From Polyangiaceae bacterium (GTDB taxonomy: Bacteria; Myxococcota_A; Polyangia; Polyangiales; Polyangiaceae), in the NCBI GenBank assembly GCA_044376115.1, contig JBILLK010000012.1, positions 64,001 to 128,000 of the forward strand: 64,000 nucleotides of DNA, read 5' to 3'. Each line of letters begins with the position of its first letter. Position 1 is the stretch's first letter. The position numbers and the translations under genes were made by a program. This document shows, piece by piece, positions 10,231 through 19,353 of this stretch. The notes beneath the pieces were generated by a model. It saw only the letters and a program-made list of their open reading frames with translations. It had not been told where the DNA came from and did no database searches.

Positions 10231-13161
10231 CTAGGCGAGTAACGACTTGGCCACGAGCAGCACGGCCGCCGCAAACACACCCGCGAGCACGTCGTCGGCG
10301 ACCACTCCGAAGCCACCGCGAAGCCGTTGGTCCGCCCAGCGAATGGGACCTGGCTTGAAGATGTCGAACAAGCGAAAGAGCGCAAAGCCAAGGCCGACCC
10401 ACAGCGGACTGAACGGCAAGACTACGAGCGGGATGGCACAGCCGACGGTCTCGTCGATCACGATCTCCTGAGGGTCTTTCGCGCCGCGTTCAGGGCTTTG
10501 CTCCCGTAGGTACTTCTCCGCAGCGACCACCGCCACCACGGTCAAAACAGAAACCACCGCGAGCCTAATGGGGACGCTAAACGACACCAGCGACCAGGTC
10601 AGCGGAATGGCGAGCAGCGCGCCCACGGTGCCAGGCGCAATCGGGCTTCGCCCGGCCCCAAGCGAGGTTGAGACCCACGTCGCCACGCTCCAGCGAGCCC
10701 GCGGTGCACCAGCCAACGGGAGGAAGCTCAGCGCCATAGGCAGCAGCACGACACAAGCGATGAAGTTGATAGAGAGGCCCAGGATCGCCAACTTTCCAAG
10801 GCTGGAAAGCCCCGGATGCGCCGCAAATGCGAGCACACCAAATCCGAAAACATCCGTAAGGATGGCGCCCGTAACGTCCCAACCCGTGTGGCTCCACACC
10901 TCGCCGAGCGGCTCTCCAGCCTCGACACGTGCGACCAAGTGAGCACCGTCGTCGACGCCGATGCCGAGCAGGATCGGGAGCACGATCATGTTTAGGTAGT
11001 TGAGATCCAACCCGAGCAACGCTGCAGCACCTGCGGTGGCTGCGAGCGTAAAGACGGCGGGAGCGAGGGCGAGCAACGCCAAGCGGATTTTGCCGAGCGC
11101 CAAGATCAGCGAGCTGAGTACAAGCACGAAGGTCAACGCGATGATGCGAGGTGCGTCGCGCTCCACAGTGAGTAGAACATCCGCGAGCACGAGCGGTTCA
11201 CCCGCAGCTGCAACCGATTGCCCCGAGGGCAGCTCCACACGCCGCAGCTGTGAGGCCAACCGCTTGATGGGCTCCGCCTCGCCCAGCCCGACCGTTGGGT
11301 ACAGCAAGACGAACTCAACCGGCGTTGCGCCTTCACGCGCCTCAAAGACGTAACGAAGCGAAGGGGGTAGATCCGCCGCAGCAAAAGGCTCGGCGTCGGC
11401 CATCTTGCGCAGCCGCTCGACGTTCTTGTTCGTCGTCTCGTCCAGCCCGTCGCCTTTGAAGCGCGACAGCGTCTTGCGCATCTGGACCAAGATCTCGCGC
11501 TTCTCGGTTTGGCCCTCGGGCAGGATGTCGGCGCGCGTAGCCACGAGCCCGATCGTCGCAGCGCTGCCGAGATCGGCCATTTTTAGGCGAACGGTCTCGG
11601 CGATCTCGCGCGATTGCGCAGGGCTCTCGGCCAGGATCACGATCGGAGTTTGCGAACGTCCGAGCAGCTTGTTGACCTCCTTGTCCAGGTGAAAGCTGGG
11701 CAGGTCTGCGTCGTCGAGCTTGGAGAAATCCGCGTCGAAGTGAACGCGTTGGGCGTTGCTGATGACGAGGAAACCACCGAGCGCCAAGAGCCAAAAGACG
11801 GGACTGGCAAAACGCTGCATCCAGGGCACGCCCGGGAGATGGCGCGCGGCCGGAGGCTCCGCCAGCCGCGGCGCAAACCGCGCGAGCAGGCCTAAGAGCG
11901 CTGGGAGCAGCGTGATGTAGGCGAAGAGCAACAGCAGCATGCCGCTCCCTGCGAGCACGCCGAACTCACGGAACGCGCGGAAGTCGGTCCACGTAAGCGC
12001 GATGAAGGCTGATGCGGTGGTGAGTGCGGCGGCCAGCGCGACGCGGCCTGCTTCGCCGAAGGCGATCGCGATAGCCGCTTCCGGCGTTAGGCCGCGCCGA
12101 ACCTCCTCTTGGTAGCGGCCGAGCAGGTGCAGACCGTTGTCGATGCTGATGCCAACGAGGATCGCCCCGATGAAGGCCGTGAGCACGTTGAGCTTGCCGA
12201 AGAGCGCGCCCGCTAGCCCGTACGACCAGAGGATGCCGAGCCCCAGCGGAAGCAGCACCATCACAACGGCGAGCGGACGTCGAAAGTGCAGGGTGACGTA
12301 AAGCAGGATCAGCGCGGAGGCGACGAGCGAGGTCCACTTTAGATCTCGACCGAGCAGCGCCTGCAGATCGACGCGCTTTTTGTACCTGCCGGTAAGCTGC
12401 GCCTCCATACCCGAAGGTGGTGGCAGGACTGAGATCACCTTCTCGACGTCTGCTACGACCTGCTTCGAGAAATCGAGATCGCTCGCGAGCTTGGTCGGTC
12501 GAATGAAGATGGCCAGCCGCTCTTGCTCATCCTCGTAGTACGCGCTCGACCCCGCCTGGGTGGAGCGACCGAGGTTGCGAGAGAAACGTTGCTCGTACTT
12601 CGCGGTCAAATCCGAGACGTCCACGCTGGGGGGCTTCTCGTCATCGATGTCAACGAAGCTTCGTTCGATCTCCCACCGTTTGCGAGCCTCCAGCCGATCG
12701 CGGAGTGACTCGAGATCGGCCTGCTCAGCAAAGTACAACCCCCGTTCGCTGAAGAACTCGACGGGTACCCGGTGGTCAACGAACTTCACCGATTCGAGTT
12801 CAGCCAACTTGGGCGCGAGTGCGTCAGCGTAGGCTCGCCGTTCATCTCTCGAACCGCCGTTGACCATCACAACGACGTTGCCCACCCCACCAAAACGATC
12901 GCGCAGCTTTTGAACCTGCTGCACGCTCTCGTAGCTTGGTGGGAGCAACTGCGTAACGTCAGGGTCGAGCTTGAGGTTACCGGCGGACCAAAAGCCCAAC
13001 GCCGCCAGCATTCCCAGCACGAGCACCGCGTGAACCGGCCGTCGAAAACACGACAGCGCGAGGGCAGTCAGAGCTGCCCGTAGGACACCGGTGATACCGG
13101 CGTTTTTCTTCAGTTCGCTGCTGTTCGAGGGGCCTGAATCGCTATCAGGCGCCACTCGCAT
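10231..13161 (-). CDS. MMPL/RND-family lipid transporter fused to a C-terminal phosphatidylglycerophosphatase A (PgpA) domain
   Basis: Two MMPL repeats with the motifs GISIDNGLH and GIGVDDGAH and large loops. The last ~150 aa (about 10231-10690) carry the PgpA motifs GAGRSPIAPGTVG, DPQEIVIDE, FRLFDIFKPGPI and GGFGVVADDVLAG, in one uninterrupted frame. Confidence 0.88.
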   Translation of the reverse strand: MRVAPDSDSGPSNSSELKKNAGITGVLRAALTALALSCFRRPVHAVLVLGMLAALGFWSAGNLKLDPDVTQLLPPSYESVQQVQKLRDRFGGVGNVVVMVNGGSRDERRAYADALAPKLAELESVKFVDHRVPVEFFSERGLYFAEQADLESLRDRLEARKRWEIERSFVDIDDEKPPSVDVSDLTAKYEQRFSRNLGRSTQAGSSAYYEDEQERLAIFIRPTKLASDLDFSKQVVADVEKVISVLPPPSGMEAQLTGRYKKRVDLQALLGRDLKWTSLVASALILLYVTLHFRRPLAVVMVLLPLGLGILWSYGLAGALFGKLNVLTAFIGAILVGISIDNGLHLLGRYQEEVRRGLTPEAAIAIAFGEAGRVALAAALTTASAFIALTWTDFRAFREFGVLAGSGMLLLLFAYITLLPALLGLLARFAPRLAEPPAARHLPGVPWMQRFASPVFWLLALGGFLVISNAQRVHFDADFSKLDDADLPSFHLDKEVNKLLGRSQTPIVILAESPAQSREIAETVRLKMADLGSAATIGLVATRADILPEGQTEKREILVQMRKTLSRFKGDGLDETTNKNVERLRKMADAEPFAAADLPPSLRYVFEAREGATPVEFVLLYPTVGLGEAEPIKRLASQLRRVELPSGQSVAAAGEPLVLADVLLTVERDAPRIIALTFVLVLSSLILALGKIRLALLALAPAVFTLAATAGAAALLGLDLNYLNMIVLPILLGIGVDDGAHLVARVEAGEPLGEVWSHTGWDVTGAILTDVFGFGVLAFAAHPGLSSLGKLAILGLSINFIACVVLLPMALSFLPLAGAPRARWSVATWVSTSLGAGRSPIAPGTVGALLAIPLTWSLVSFSVPIRLAVVSVLTVVAVVAAEKYLREQSPERGAKDPQEIVIDETVGCAIPLVVLPFSPLWVGLGFALFRLFDIFKPGPIRWADQRLRGGFGVVADDVLAGVFAAAVLLVAKSLLA

Positions 13162-14407
13162 TTCGCTCCCCGAGTGCCGGAGTCAAGTTGGGCTCCGAGC
13201 CACGGTTGAGCACCGGCGGTGCAAACACATAATCGCGCAGCAGGGGGTAGTTCCAGGTAGCGAACACCACGAACCGCGCCACGACCCAAGCGATGCGGTA
13301 ATCCACCGACGGTAAGAGCAGCAACACTGCCACGCCGCCCGCGTTGAGCGCAGCGCTCGACCCGGACACGAAGACGAAGCGACCGGCCTGACGTTTCCCC
13401 TCGATGCTGCGGCTGCCTTGGAAAGCCCAGGCGCGGCCTAGCGTGAAGGCGATGAACCCACCGGCCACACAACCGAGCGCCGTGGCCGCCGGAGCGATCA
13501 CGCCCACATGCACCAACATCCAGACGAAGGAGAAGTCGATCGCCGTAGCGACGGCGCTAACGACGATGCTCTTTGGAAGAGGACGCAGATCCGTGGTGGC
13601 GCTACCACCAAGCGACTTGATCAGGTGGGCCAAGCGCTGAAGCGCAGTCGCGTGAGAGGTGGCTGCGATTGCAACGAGACCAACCACAGCGATGCGATGA
13701 ATCGGGCGTGGGTCTGAGGGCACGAGCACGGCCTCGAGCACGGGGCTGAAGGCGGTCGTCAGCCCGAGCACCACGATTCTCTCCGGCCGTTGCATGAACC
13801 CAACGTCACTCAACTTTGCTCCGAGAGCCTCACCCTTGGCGCGCACGTAGGGGACGAACAGCGAGCCAGTGAGCGCCAACAACGTGGCAAAGAGCACCCA
13901 GCTATCGCGGTAGTACCAAGCGAGGCCAACGAGCACCGCCGATTCACAATACCGATCCAAAACCGAGTCGAGCGCAGCACCGCTGGTAGAAGCGCGGCCC
14001 GTCACACGAGCGACTCGACCGTCAAGAAAGTCGAGGGCGCCGGCGGCAAGGTAGAGCCAACCACCGAGCGAGAAACGCCCGGCGGCCAAAGCGACGCCCG
14101 AACCCAGCGCAAGACCCACGGACAGCGTGGTGATGGCGTTGGGCGGCACCTCGGCGTTCGCCAGGGTCTGCCAAAGCGGGCGCATCAGCCAAGCGAAGAA
14201 GTGGCGCATGCGCGCAGAGGTGAGCCCTCCGAGGCCACGCCCATCCATCTCTTCGTCATGAAACTTGCCGGAGTAGCGGTTGCGAACCACGTAAACGCCG
14301 AGCCCAATGAGGGTGTAGGCCAGCAACACCAAAGCCGGCGCAGCAGCGCTCCAGATGCGCCCGCCGGTCGAGAGGTTGCCAGAGACCCATTGCCAAATCG
14401 TGTTCAT
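13145..14407 (-). CDS. CDP-alcohol phosphatidyltransferase (likely phosphatidylinositol-phosphate synthase) with a C-terminal GtrA-like membrane domain
   Basis: PNAIT motif and the full DxxDGxxAR-x8-GxxxDxxxD signature (DFLDGRVARVTGRASTSGAALDSVLD). The C-terminal ~130 aa resemble GtrA (SAVATAIDF, RAWAF, WNYPLLRDYVF). ATGA overlap with the upstream gene. Confidence 0.88.
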   Translation of the reverse strand: MNTIWQWVSGNLSTGGRIWSAAAPALVLLAYTLIGLGVYVVRNRYSGKFHDEEMDGRGLGGLTSARMRHFFAWLMRPLWQTLANAEVPPNAITTLSVGLALGSGVALAAGRFSLGGWLYLAAGALDFLDGRVARVTGRASTSGAALDSVLDRYCESAVLVGLAWYYRDSWVLFATLLALTGSLFVPYVRAKGEALGAKLSDVGFMQRPERIVVLGLTTAFSPVLEAVLVPSDPRPIHRIAVVGLVAIAATSHATALQRLAHLIKSLGGSATTDLRPLPKSIVVSAVATAIDFSFVWMLVHVGVIAPAATALGCVAGGFIAFTLGRAWAFQGSRSIEGKRQAGRFVFVSGSSAALNAGGVAVLLLLPSVDYRIAWVVARFVVFATWNYPLLRDYVFAPPVLNRGSEPNLTPALGERNASGA

Positions 14408-15390
14408 TGAGCGAGTTCCTTGGGGACCGAAGCCGGCCCCGAACGGGAGTGCCTACGCAGGAGGAAGCGAGCTGTCGTGTCCCCGGTTATCGCCACCGCT
14501 ACACCCGCCAAAACGTCGAGAATGTAGTGGTGGCGGAGGTACACGGCTGCGAACGCCATGAGCATGGCCCACAGCGCACAGCCGTAGCTGAGAGCAGGAA
14601 GCTTGCCACGCAGCTGCCACACCGCGAGCGCGGGCACCGCGCCGTACCCGGCGTGAAGGGACGGCATTGCACCGAAGACGTTGTGGCTCTTCTCGTAAAA
14701 CGATTGAAACAGGTGAACGCCGAACAGCTGATCGAAGCGAATGGTGCCGGCTGCGCTAGGCAGCGCGTCGAGCTGCGCCGGCCCAAGCCCGTAGGTGTCC
14801 ACGTACCAAGGTGGAGCCGCGGGCCATGCCAACCAGATTGCCCACCCCAACACGCTCGTAACGCCGAATGAAATACTCAGCCGCCGAGCGACAGGCTCAT
14901 GCCGGAAGTAGAGCAACGACGCGAGGATGATCGGAAAGGGTAGGTAGAGGATGTAAACTCCGCCGGTCACCGCATCCAGCACCGGGTGAGTATGGGTGGC
15001 GATCCATTCGCCCAGATCGGTCGGACCGCTAGCGCCCTGAAAACCGAATAGCGACCGTTCGGCATTCCACAGCGAATCGACGTGGACCTCTGGCCGAAGG
15101 TGAGTGATCAGCCTCAGAAAGTCATAGCCAATCCCCGCCAACCACATGGGCGAGCCCATCACCACGTAGGCTCGTGCTTTTGGCCCGAGCCAGCTAAGGA
15201 TGAGGAAGACGGAAACGAGGCCTATGTGGTCTGGACGTAAGCCGAGGAGCGTGGCCTGCGCCAGTAGGATCCCCGGAAAAACCACGAGTGAGGCCCAGGC
15301 CCACCACGCAAGTGGCCCGCGCGGAACCAGCTTTTCAGCCAGTCCCGGTCGGCGTAGCTCACTTGCGGGGACCACAGACGCCATCGTCAA
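14404..15390 (-). CDS. Aur1/inositol-phosphorylceramide synthase-like PAP2-superfamily membrane phosphotransferase
   Basis: Motifs PAAPPWY, FGAMPSLH and YLRHHYILD, with multiple TM helices. Start is TTG 15390 or ATG 15384. Confidence 0.87.
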   Translation of the reverse strand: MTMASVVPASELRRPGLAEKLVPRGPLAWWAWASLVVFPGILLAQATLLGLRPDHIGLVSVFLILSWLGPKARAYVVMGSPMWLAGIGYDFLRLITHLRPEVHVDSLWNAERSLFGFQGASGPTDLGEWIATHTHPVLDAVTGGVYILYLPFPIILASLLYFRHEPVARRLSISFGVTSVLGWAIWLAWPAAPPWYVDTYGLGPAQLDALPSAAGTIRFDQLFGVHLFQSFYEKSHNVFGAMPSLHAGYGAVPALAVWQLRGKLPALSYGCALWAMLMAFAAVYLRHHYILDVLAGVAVAITGDTTARFLLRRHSRSGPASVPKELAQ

Positions 15391-15391
15391 C

Positions 15392-16708
15392 TCAGTCGTA
15401 GTACTCGTTGCCGAGGTGCGTGATCATTGGCTCATTCTTCATCCACCGCAGCGTGTTCTTGAGCTTCATCGACTGAATGAAGAGGTCATGCTCGGGGTAG
15501 AGTTCCGGCGCAGTCATTGGGCTCTTGAAGTAGAAGCTCAACCACTCTTGCGTGCCTCGGAAGTCGGCGCGCTGAGCGAGGTCGAGGTAGAGCGCGAGGT
15601 CGAGGACGATGGGCGCCGCGAGGATTGAATCCCGGCATAGGAAGTCCACCTTGATCTGCATGGGGTAGCCGAGCCAACCGAAGATATCGATGTTGTCCCA
15701 GCCCTCCTTCGCGTCTCCCCGCGGCGGGTAATACTCGATACGGACCTTGTGATAGAGATTGCCGTAAAGATCGGGCGACTTTTCGGGCTGAAGGATGGTC
15801 TCGAGGACGCCCAACTTCGACACTTCCTTGGTCTTGAAGTTGTCAGGGTCATCCAGGACCTCACCGTCGCGATTGCCGAGAATGTTGGTCGAGAACCACC
15901 CGCTGATGCCGAGGTTCCTCGCTTTGAAGCCGGGCGCGAGGATGGTCTTCATCAACGTCTGACCGGTCTTGAAGTCCTTACCAGCAATCGGCACGCCCAT
16001 CTCGCGGGCAAGCTCCCAAGCCGCGGGGAAATCGACCGAGAGGTTCGGTGAGCCATTGGCGTACGGCACGCGCTCTTTGAGGCAGGCCCAGGCGTAAAGC
16101 TGCGAACTAGCGATCGCCGGATGATTCTCCAGCAGGCCCTTCTCGAACGCAGCCACCGACTCGTGGACGGCGGTTGGCTCGATATAGATCTCGGTGCTTC
16201 CGCACCAGACCGCAACCACGCGGTCCACACCCTCGGACTTCTTGAAATCGCGGATGTCCTGACGAAGCTGCTCGACCAACTCCGCCTTCGTCTTGGCCTG
16301 CTTGACGTGGGTGCCGTGCAACCGCTTGACGTACTCGGGGAAGAAGGCGGCCTTCATCGGTTTGATGGCCGCGAGCTCCTCTGCGATCGGGTCCAGGTGC
16401 TTGCTACTCAAAACATCCGCGTGCTTCGCAGACTCGAGCAGGTTGTCGGGGAAGATGTCCCAACCGCCGAACACCAGATCCTCGAGCGGAGCGAGCGGTA
16501 CGAAGTCGCGAATCATCGGTGCGCGATCATCCGTACGTTTACCGAGCCGAATGGTGCCGAGTTGGGTCATCGACCCGATGGGCTTTCCGAGCCCCCTGCG
16601 TGCGGCCATCACTCCCGCAACGAAGGTGGTTGCGACCGCTCCGAGACCGGGCAGTAAGACTCCAAGTTTACCAGTGTGGGGTCGGATCTGTTTGGGCGGT
16701 TCTCGCAT
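15392..16708 (-). CDS. ino1: myo-Inositol-3(1)-phosphate synthase
   Basis: Rossmann GLGAVATT, WCGSTE, YANGSPN, GKDFKTGQT, NILGNRDG, GDAKEGWD and CRDSILAAPIVLDL. Confidence 0.96.
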   Translation of the reverse strand: MREPPKQIRPHTGKLGVLLPGLGAVATTFVAGVMAARRGLGKPIGSMTQLGTIRLGKRTDDRAPMIRDFVPLAPLEDLVFGGWDIFPDNLLESAKHADVLSSKHLDPIAEELAAIKPMKAAFFPEYVKRLHGTHVKQAKTKAELVEQLRQDIRDFKKSEGVDRVVAVWCGSTEIYIEPTAVHESVAAFEKGLLENHPAIASSQLYAWACLKERVPYANGSPNLSVDFPAAWELAREMGVPIAGKDFKTGQTLMKTILAPGFKARNLGISGWFSTNILGNRDGEVLDDPDNFKTKEVSKLGVLETILQPEKSPDLYGNLYHKVRIEYYPPRGDAKEGWDNIDIFGWLGYPMQIKVDFLCRDSILAAPIVLDLALYLDLAQRADFRGTQEWLSFYFKSPMTAPELYPEHDLFIQSMKLKNTLRWMKNEPMITHLGNEYYD

Positions 16709-16992
16709 GAAATAATCCTTAACGGGCTGCGTCTTTCGTTCGGTCTATGGCGTTTGAGGCTTGCTCTGTCAACGAAGTGGCAATTAGTCCGGCCGCTTCT
16801 TAACCAACCGTTAACAAACGGAATTAGTGTGGCCTGCTCAGCAACCAGGAAAGGGCCTGGCACCGGCGAGATCGTGCTCGTGGTTGGCCAACAGCCGCTC
16901 GGTTCTTCATCGAAAGATGAGTGAGCATGCTCAACAATCCTCTTGGGTAATTTACTGCGTCAAACACGCCACAGTTGTTCGACACTCGCGCG

Positions 16993-17865
16993 ATGAAAAC
17001 CGTCTCGCGGCTCGCGCTGGTCGTTGTGGGTCTCACTACCTTCGCTGGCTGCGGCTCCAAGGATGCGGGAAAAGACACGCGGGCGAAGGACGACGAAAGC
17101 GAAGAGGACGCACCCACGAAGAAGAAAAAGAAACCGACGTCGAGCGCCACGGCGACGGCCAGCTCCGTCGCGACCGCTGCAGCTCCGACGCCGCCTCCAA
17201 CGCCCACCCCCACCAGCACCGACACGGCGCCATCGGTCAGCGACAATAAGCCGCCGAGCGGCCCTGTTACCGACCCGAATCAGCAGACGTATGCGGACGT
17301 TGCCAACCCCATCGCAGACAACTGCGCTAGCCCTTCGGTGTTGGTTACATCGGCACCGGAAAGCGTAGGTCCCGACTACCCGTGGACCTGGACGCGACAA
17401 GCCATGCTTGCGAATCAGCAGTTCAAGGTAGTCTCGGGATCCCCCGCGGCGCACGGGGAAGTGGCCTTCGAGGTCCACCAAGCCTCTGACACCTTCAAGA
17501 ATGCTTGGGTGCTGGTTGCAAAGTGCCACGACGGTAGTACCTGCAACAAGCTAGCGGCCGTCAGCAAGGCGATCATCCGGGGTGCTGTTTCGCAGCCGGT
17601 GTGTGGCCCGCTGCCGATGCAGCTATCAGCATCCACCTTCAAGAAGCCGGTGCTGCGCGAACTTGGGGCGCCGCAGAACACGCTGCCGGAGTCGAGCGAT
17701 ATCAGCGGTCAGTGCGCGCGCCTGCACGCCTGCACCATCGCGATGGATCCAATCGCAAACGCGAAGACCAACATCGGGCTCGACTGTCAAAAGAGCCCAT
17801 CCAACTTCAAGACCTCCTGCGCGACCCGCTACCCCTGTGTTGAAGTGACCAAGTGCCTGGAATGA
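16993..17865 (+). CDS. Hypothetical lipoprotein with Pro/Thr-rich linker and Cys-containing C-terminal domain
   Basis: Lipobox FAGC after MKTVSR, a low-complexity linker and paired cysteines. ATGA overlap with the next gene. Confidence 0.75.
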   Translation: MKTVSRLALVVVGLTTFAGCGSKDAGKDTRAKDDESEEDAPTKKKKKPTSSATATASSVATAAAPTPPPTPTPTSTDTAPSVSDNKPPSGPVTDPNQQTYADVANPIADNCASPSVLVTSAPESVGPDYPWTWTRQAMLANQQFKVVSGSPAAHGEVAFEVHQASDTFKNAWVLVAKCHDGSTCNKLAAVSKAIIRGAVSQPVCGPLPMQLSASTFKKPVLRELGAPQNTLPESSDISGQCARLHACTIAMDPIANAKTNIGLDCQKSPSNFKTSCATRYPCVEVTKCLE

Positions 17866-18701
17866 CAACCGTGCTCTGGGCGGCGCTTGCCGTTGTCGGC
17901 GCCTACTTAGCCGGAGTTGCGCTCTTTTGTATCGTTACGTGGCGCTGGGTCGCGCGGCTCGGCCCACCTCGCTCGCGCCGCGAGTCGTTTCGCGAGTTCA
18001 TCCGAGAACTTCTGCTCGTGGCGTTGGTGCAACCACTGCTACCCCTCTTTTATCTGGTCGGTCGCGGGCGGGAGCACGCTTCATCCGCCGATACGCCGGT
18101 GATCCTGGTGCATGGCTACTTCCAGAACCGCGTGGACTTCTTGTACCTGCGAAGAGCCCTTCGCGTGCGAGGCGTCCGTCCCATCTATGCCTTCAATTAC
18201 CCTTGGTGGGACAGCATTCCGAACAATTCGGCCCGGCTCGAGCGCTTCGTCGAGCGCGTTGCAAGTGAAGCCAAGCAGGTGCGCTTGGTCGGGCATTCGA
18301 TGGGTGGGTTGGTGGCGCTGGACTACGTCCTCCATCGCGCGCCCAGCTCACGGGTCGCGTGCTGCGTGACGCTGGGTACGCCTCACGCAGGGGTGATCTT
18401 TCGCGGGCCTCTGCTCGGAGCAGCAGGCCGAGATTTGCGCGCCCAAAGCCATTTTCTCCGTGAGCGCGCCCAGTGCGCCATCGCCGTGCCGTGCCTGAGC
18501 ATCGCGTCGGAGCACGACAACATCGTCTTTCCGGCGAAGCGTGCGGCCTTGAGCGCGCGAGGTGGGCTGGACTTGGTCGTGGACCAGCGAGCTCACTTCG
18601 GCATCCTGTTCGACTCGGCGATCGCCGACCGGGTAGCAGCCTTCTTAGCGTCGCCCGAGCGCCTCCAGAACGGCGCGGTTGCTCCCGAAACGACCGCCTA
18701 G
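17862..18701 (+). CDS. Membrane-anchored alpha/beta-fold lipase/esterase
   Basis: Two N-terminal hydrophobic segments, oxyanion LVHG, nucleophile GHSMGG, TLGTPH, acid in HDNIV and His in AHFG. Confidence 0.88.
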   Translation: MTTVLWAALAVVGAYLAGVALFCIVTWRWVARLGPPRSRRESFREFIRELLLVALVQPLLPLFYLVGRGREHASSADTPVILVHGYFQNRVDFLYLRRALRVRGVRPIYAFNYPWWDSIPNNSARLERFVERVASEAKQVRLVGHSMGGLVALDYVLHRAPSSRVACCVTLGTPHAGVIFRGPLLGAAGRDLRAQSHFLRERAQCAIAVPCLSIASEHDNIVFPAKRAALSARGGLDLVVDQRAHFGILFDSAIADRVAAFLASPERLQNGAVAPETTA

Positions 18702-19303
18702 AGGATCGTGAACTCGATGCTCGGACCAGCGAAAGGCCCACCATCAGGCGTGACGCGGTTCTCTTCAAAGATAGCGTTGGTCACGCTGACGTTGATCGGC
18801 CCGGTGGCCGCTTTGAGCTTGGCCCACGCTGCGTCGTCCGGCGTGTATGAAAGGTCGAGCGTAAAGATTCGCAGCACCTTCGGGTCCTCGGCTGTCGCAA
18901 AGACAAGCCAGTAACCGCGGCCGGAGACTGGCGTTCCGTGTGCGTATGCCTCGCGTACCCCAAGCACGAACCCGAGCGCCTTCTCGAGCGGCCCCTCATG
19001 CCTTAGCCGAGCGGTGGGCCCCACCGACCAAGCGAAGCGAACGGGCGTTGCGCCGTCTAGCTCGGCGCCGTCCAACGGCTCACTCAGCTGGGCTGCCTCC
19101 GCAGGCTCATCCTTCGGGGATTGCGCCAAGAGCGCCTCCAAGGCCTCATCCGTTGCCTCCGCTTCATAGATCACGTCCGACAGATCTTCCGATGGACCAC
19201 CTCCCCCGCCGCTGCTGCCGTCATCCGAACACGCAAGCGCCGAAACGCTAGCAAATGCAGCCAAAGCGAGGAGGTTTCGTCGCAACGATTTTGTCAAAGC
19301 CAT
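18698..19303 (-). CDS. Hypothetical lipoprotein
   Basis: Signal peptide with lipobox ALAC and a Gly/Ser linker. Confidence 0.72.
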   Translation of the reverse strand: MALTKSLRRNLLALAAFASVSALACSDDGSSGGGGGPSEDLSDVIYEAEATDEALEALLAQSPKDEPAEAAQLSEPLDGAELDGATPVRFAWSVGPTARLRHEGPLEKALGFVLGVREAYAHGTPVSGRGYWLVFATAEDPKVLRIFTLDLSYTPDDAAWAKLKAATGPINVSVTNAIFEENRVTPDGGPFAGPSIEFTIL

Positions 19304-19353
19304 AGTGTGAGTTTTCGCTCATCGAAAGAACCGGTGCAAGCGGCTGCTTCTAC

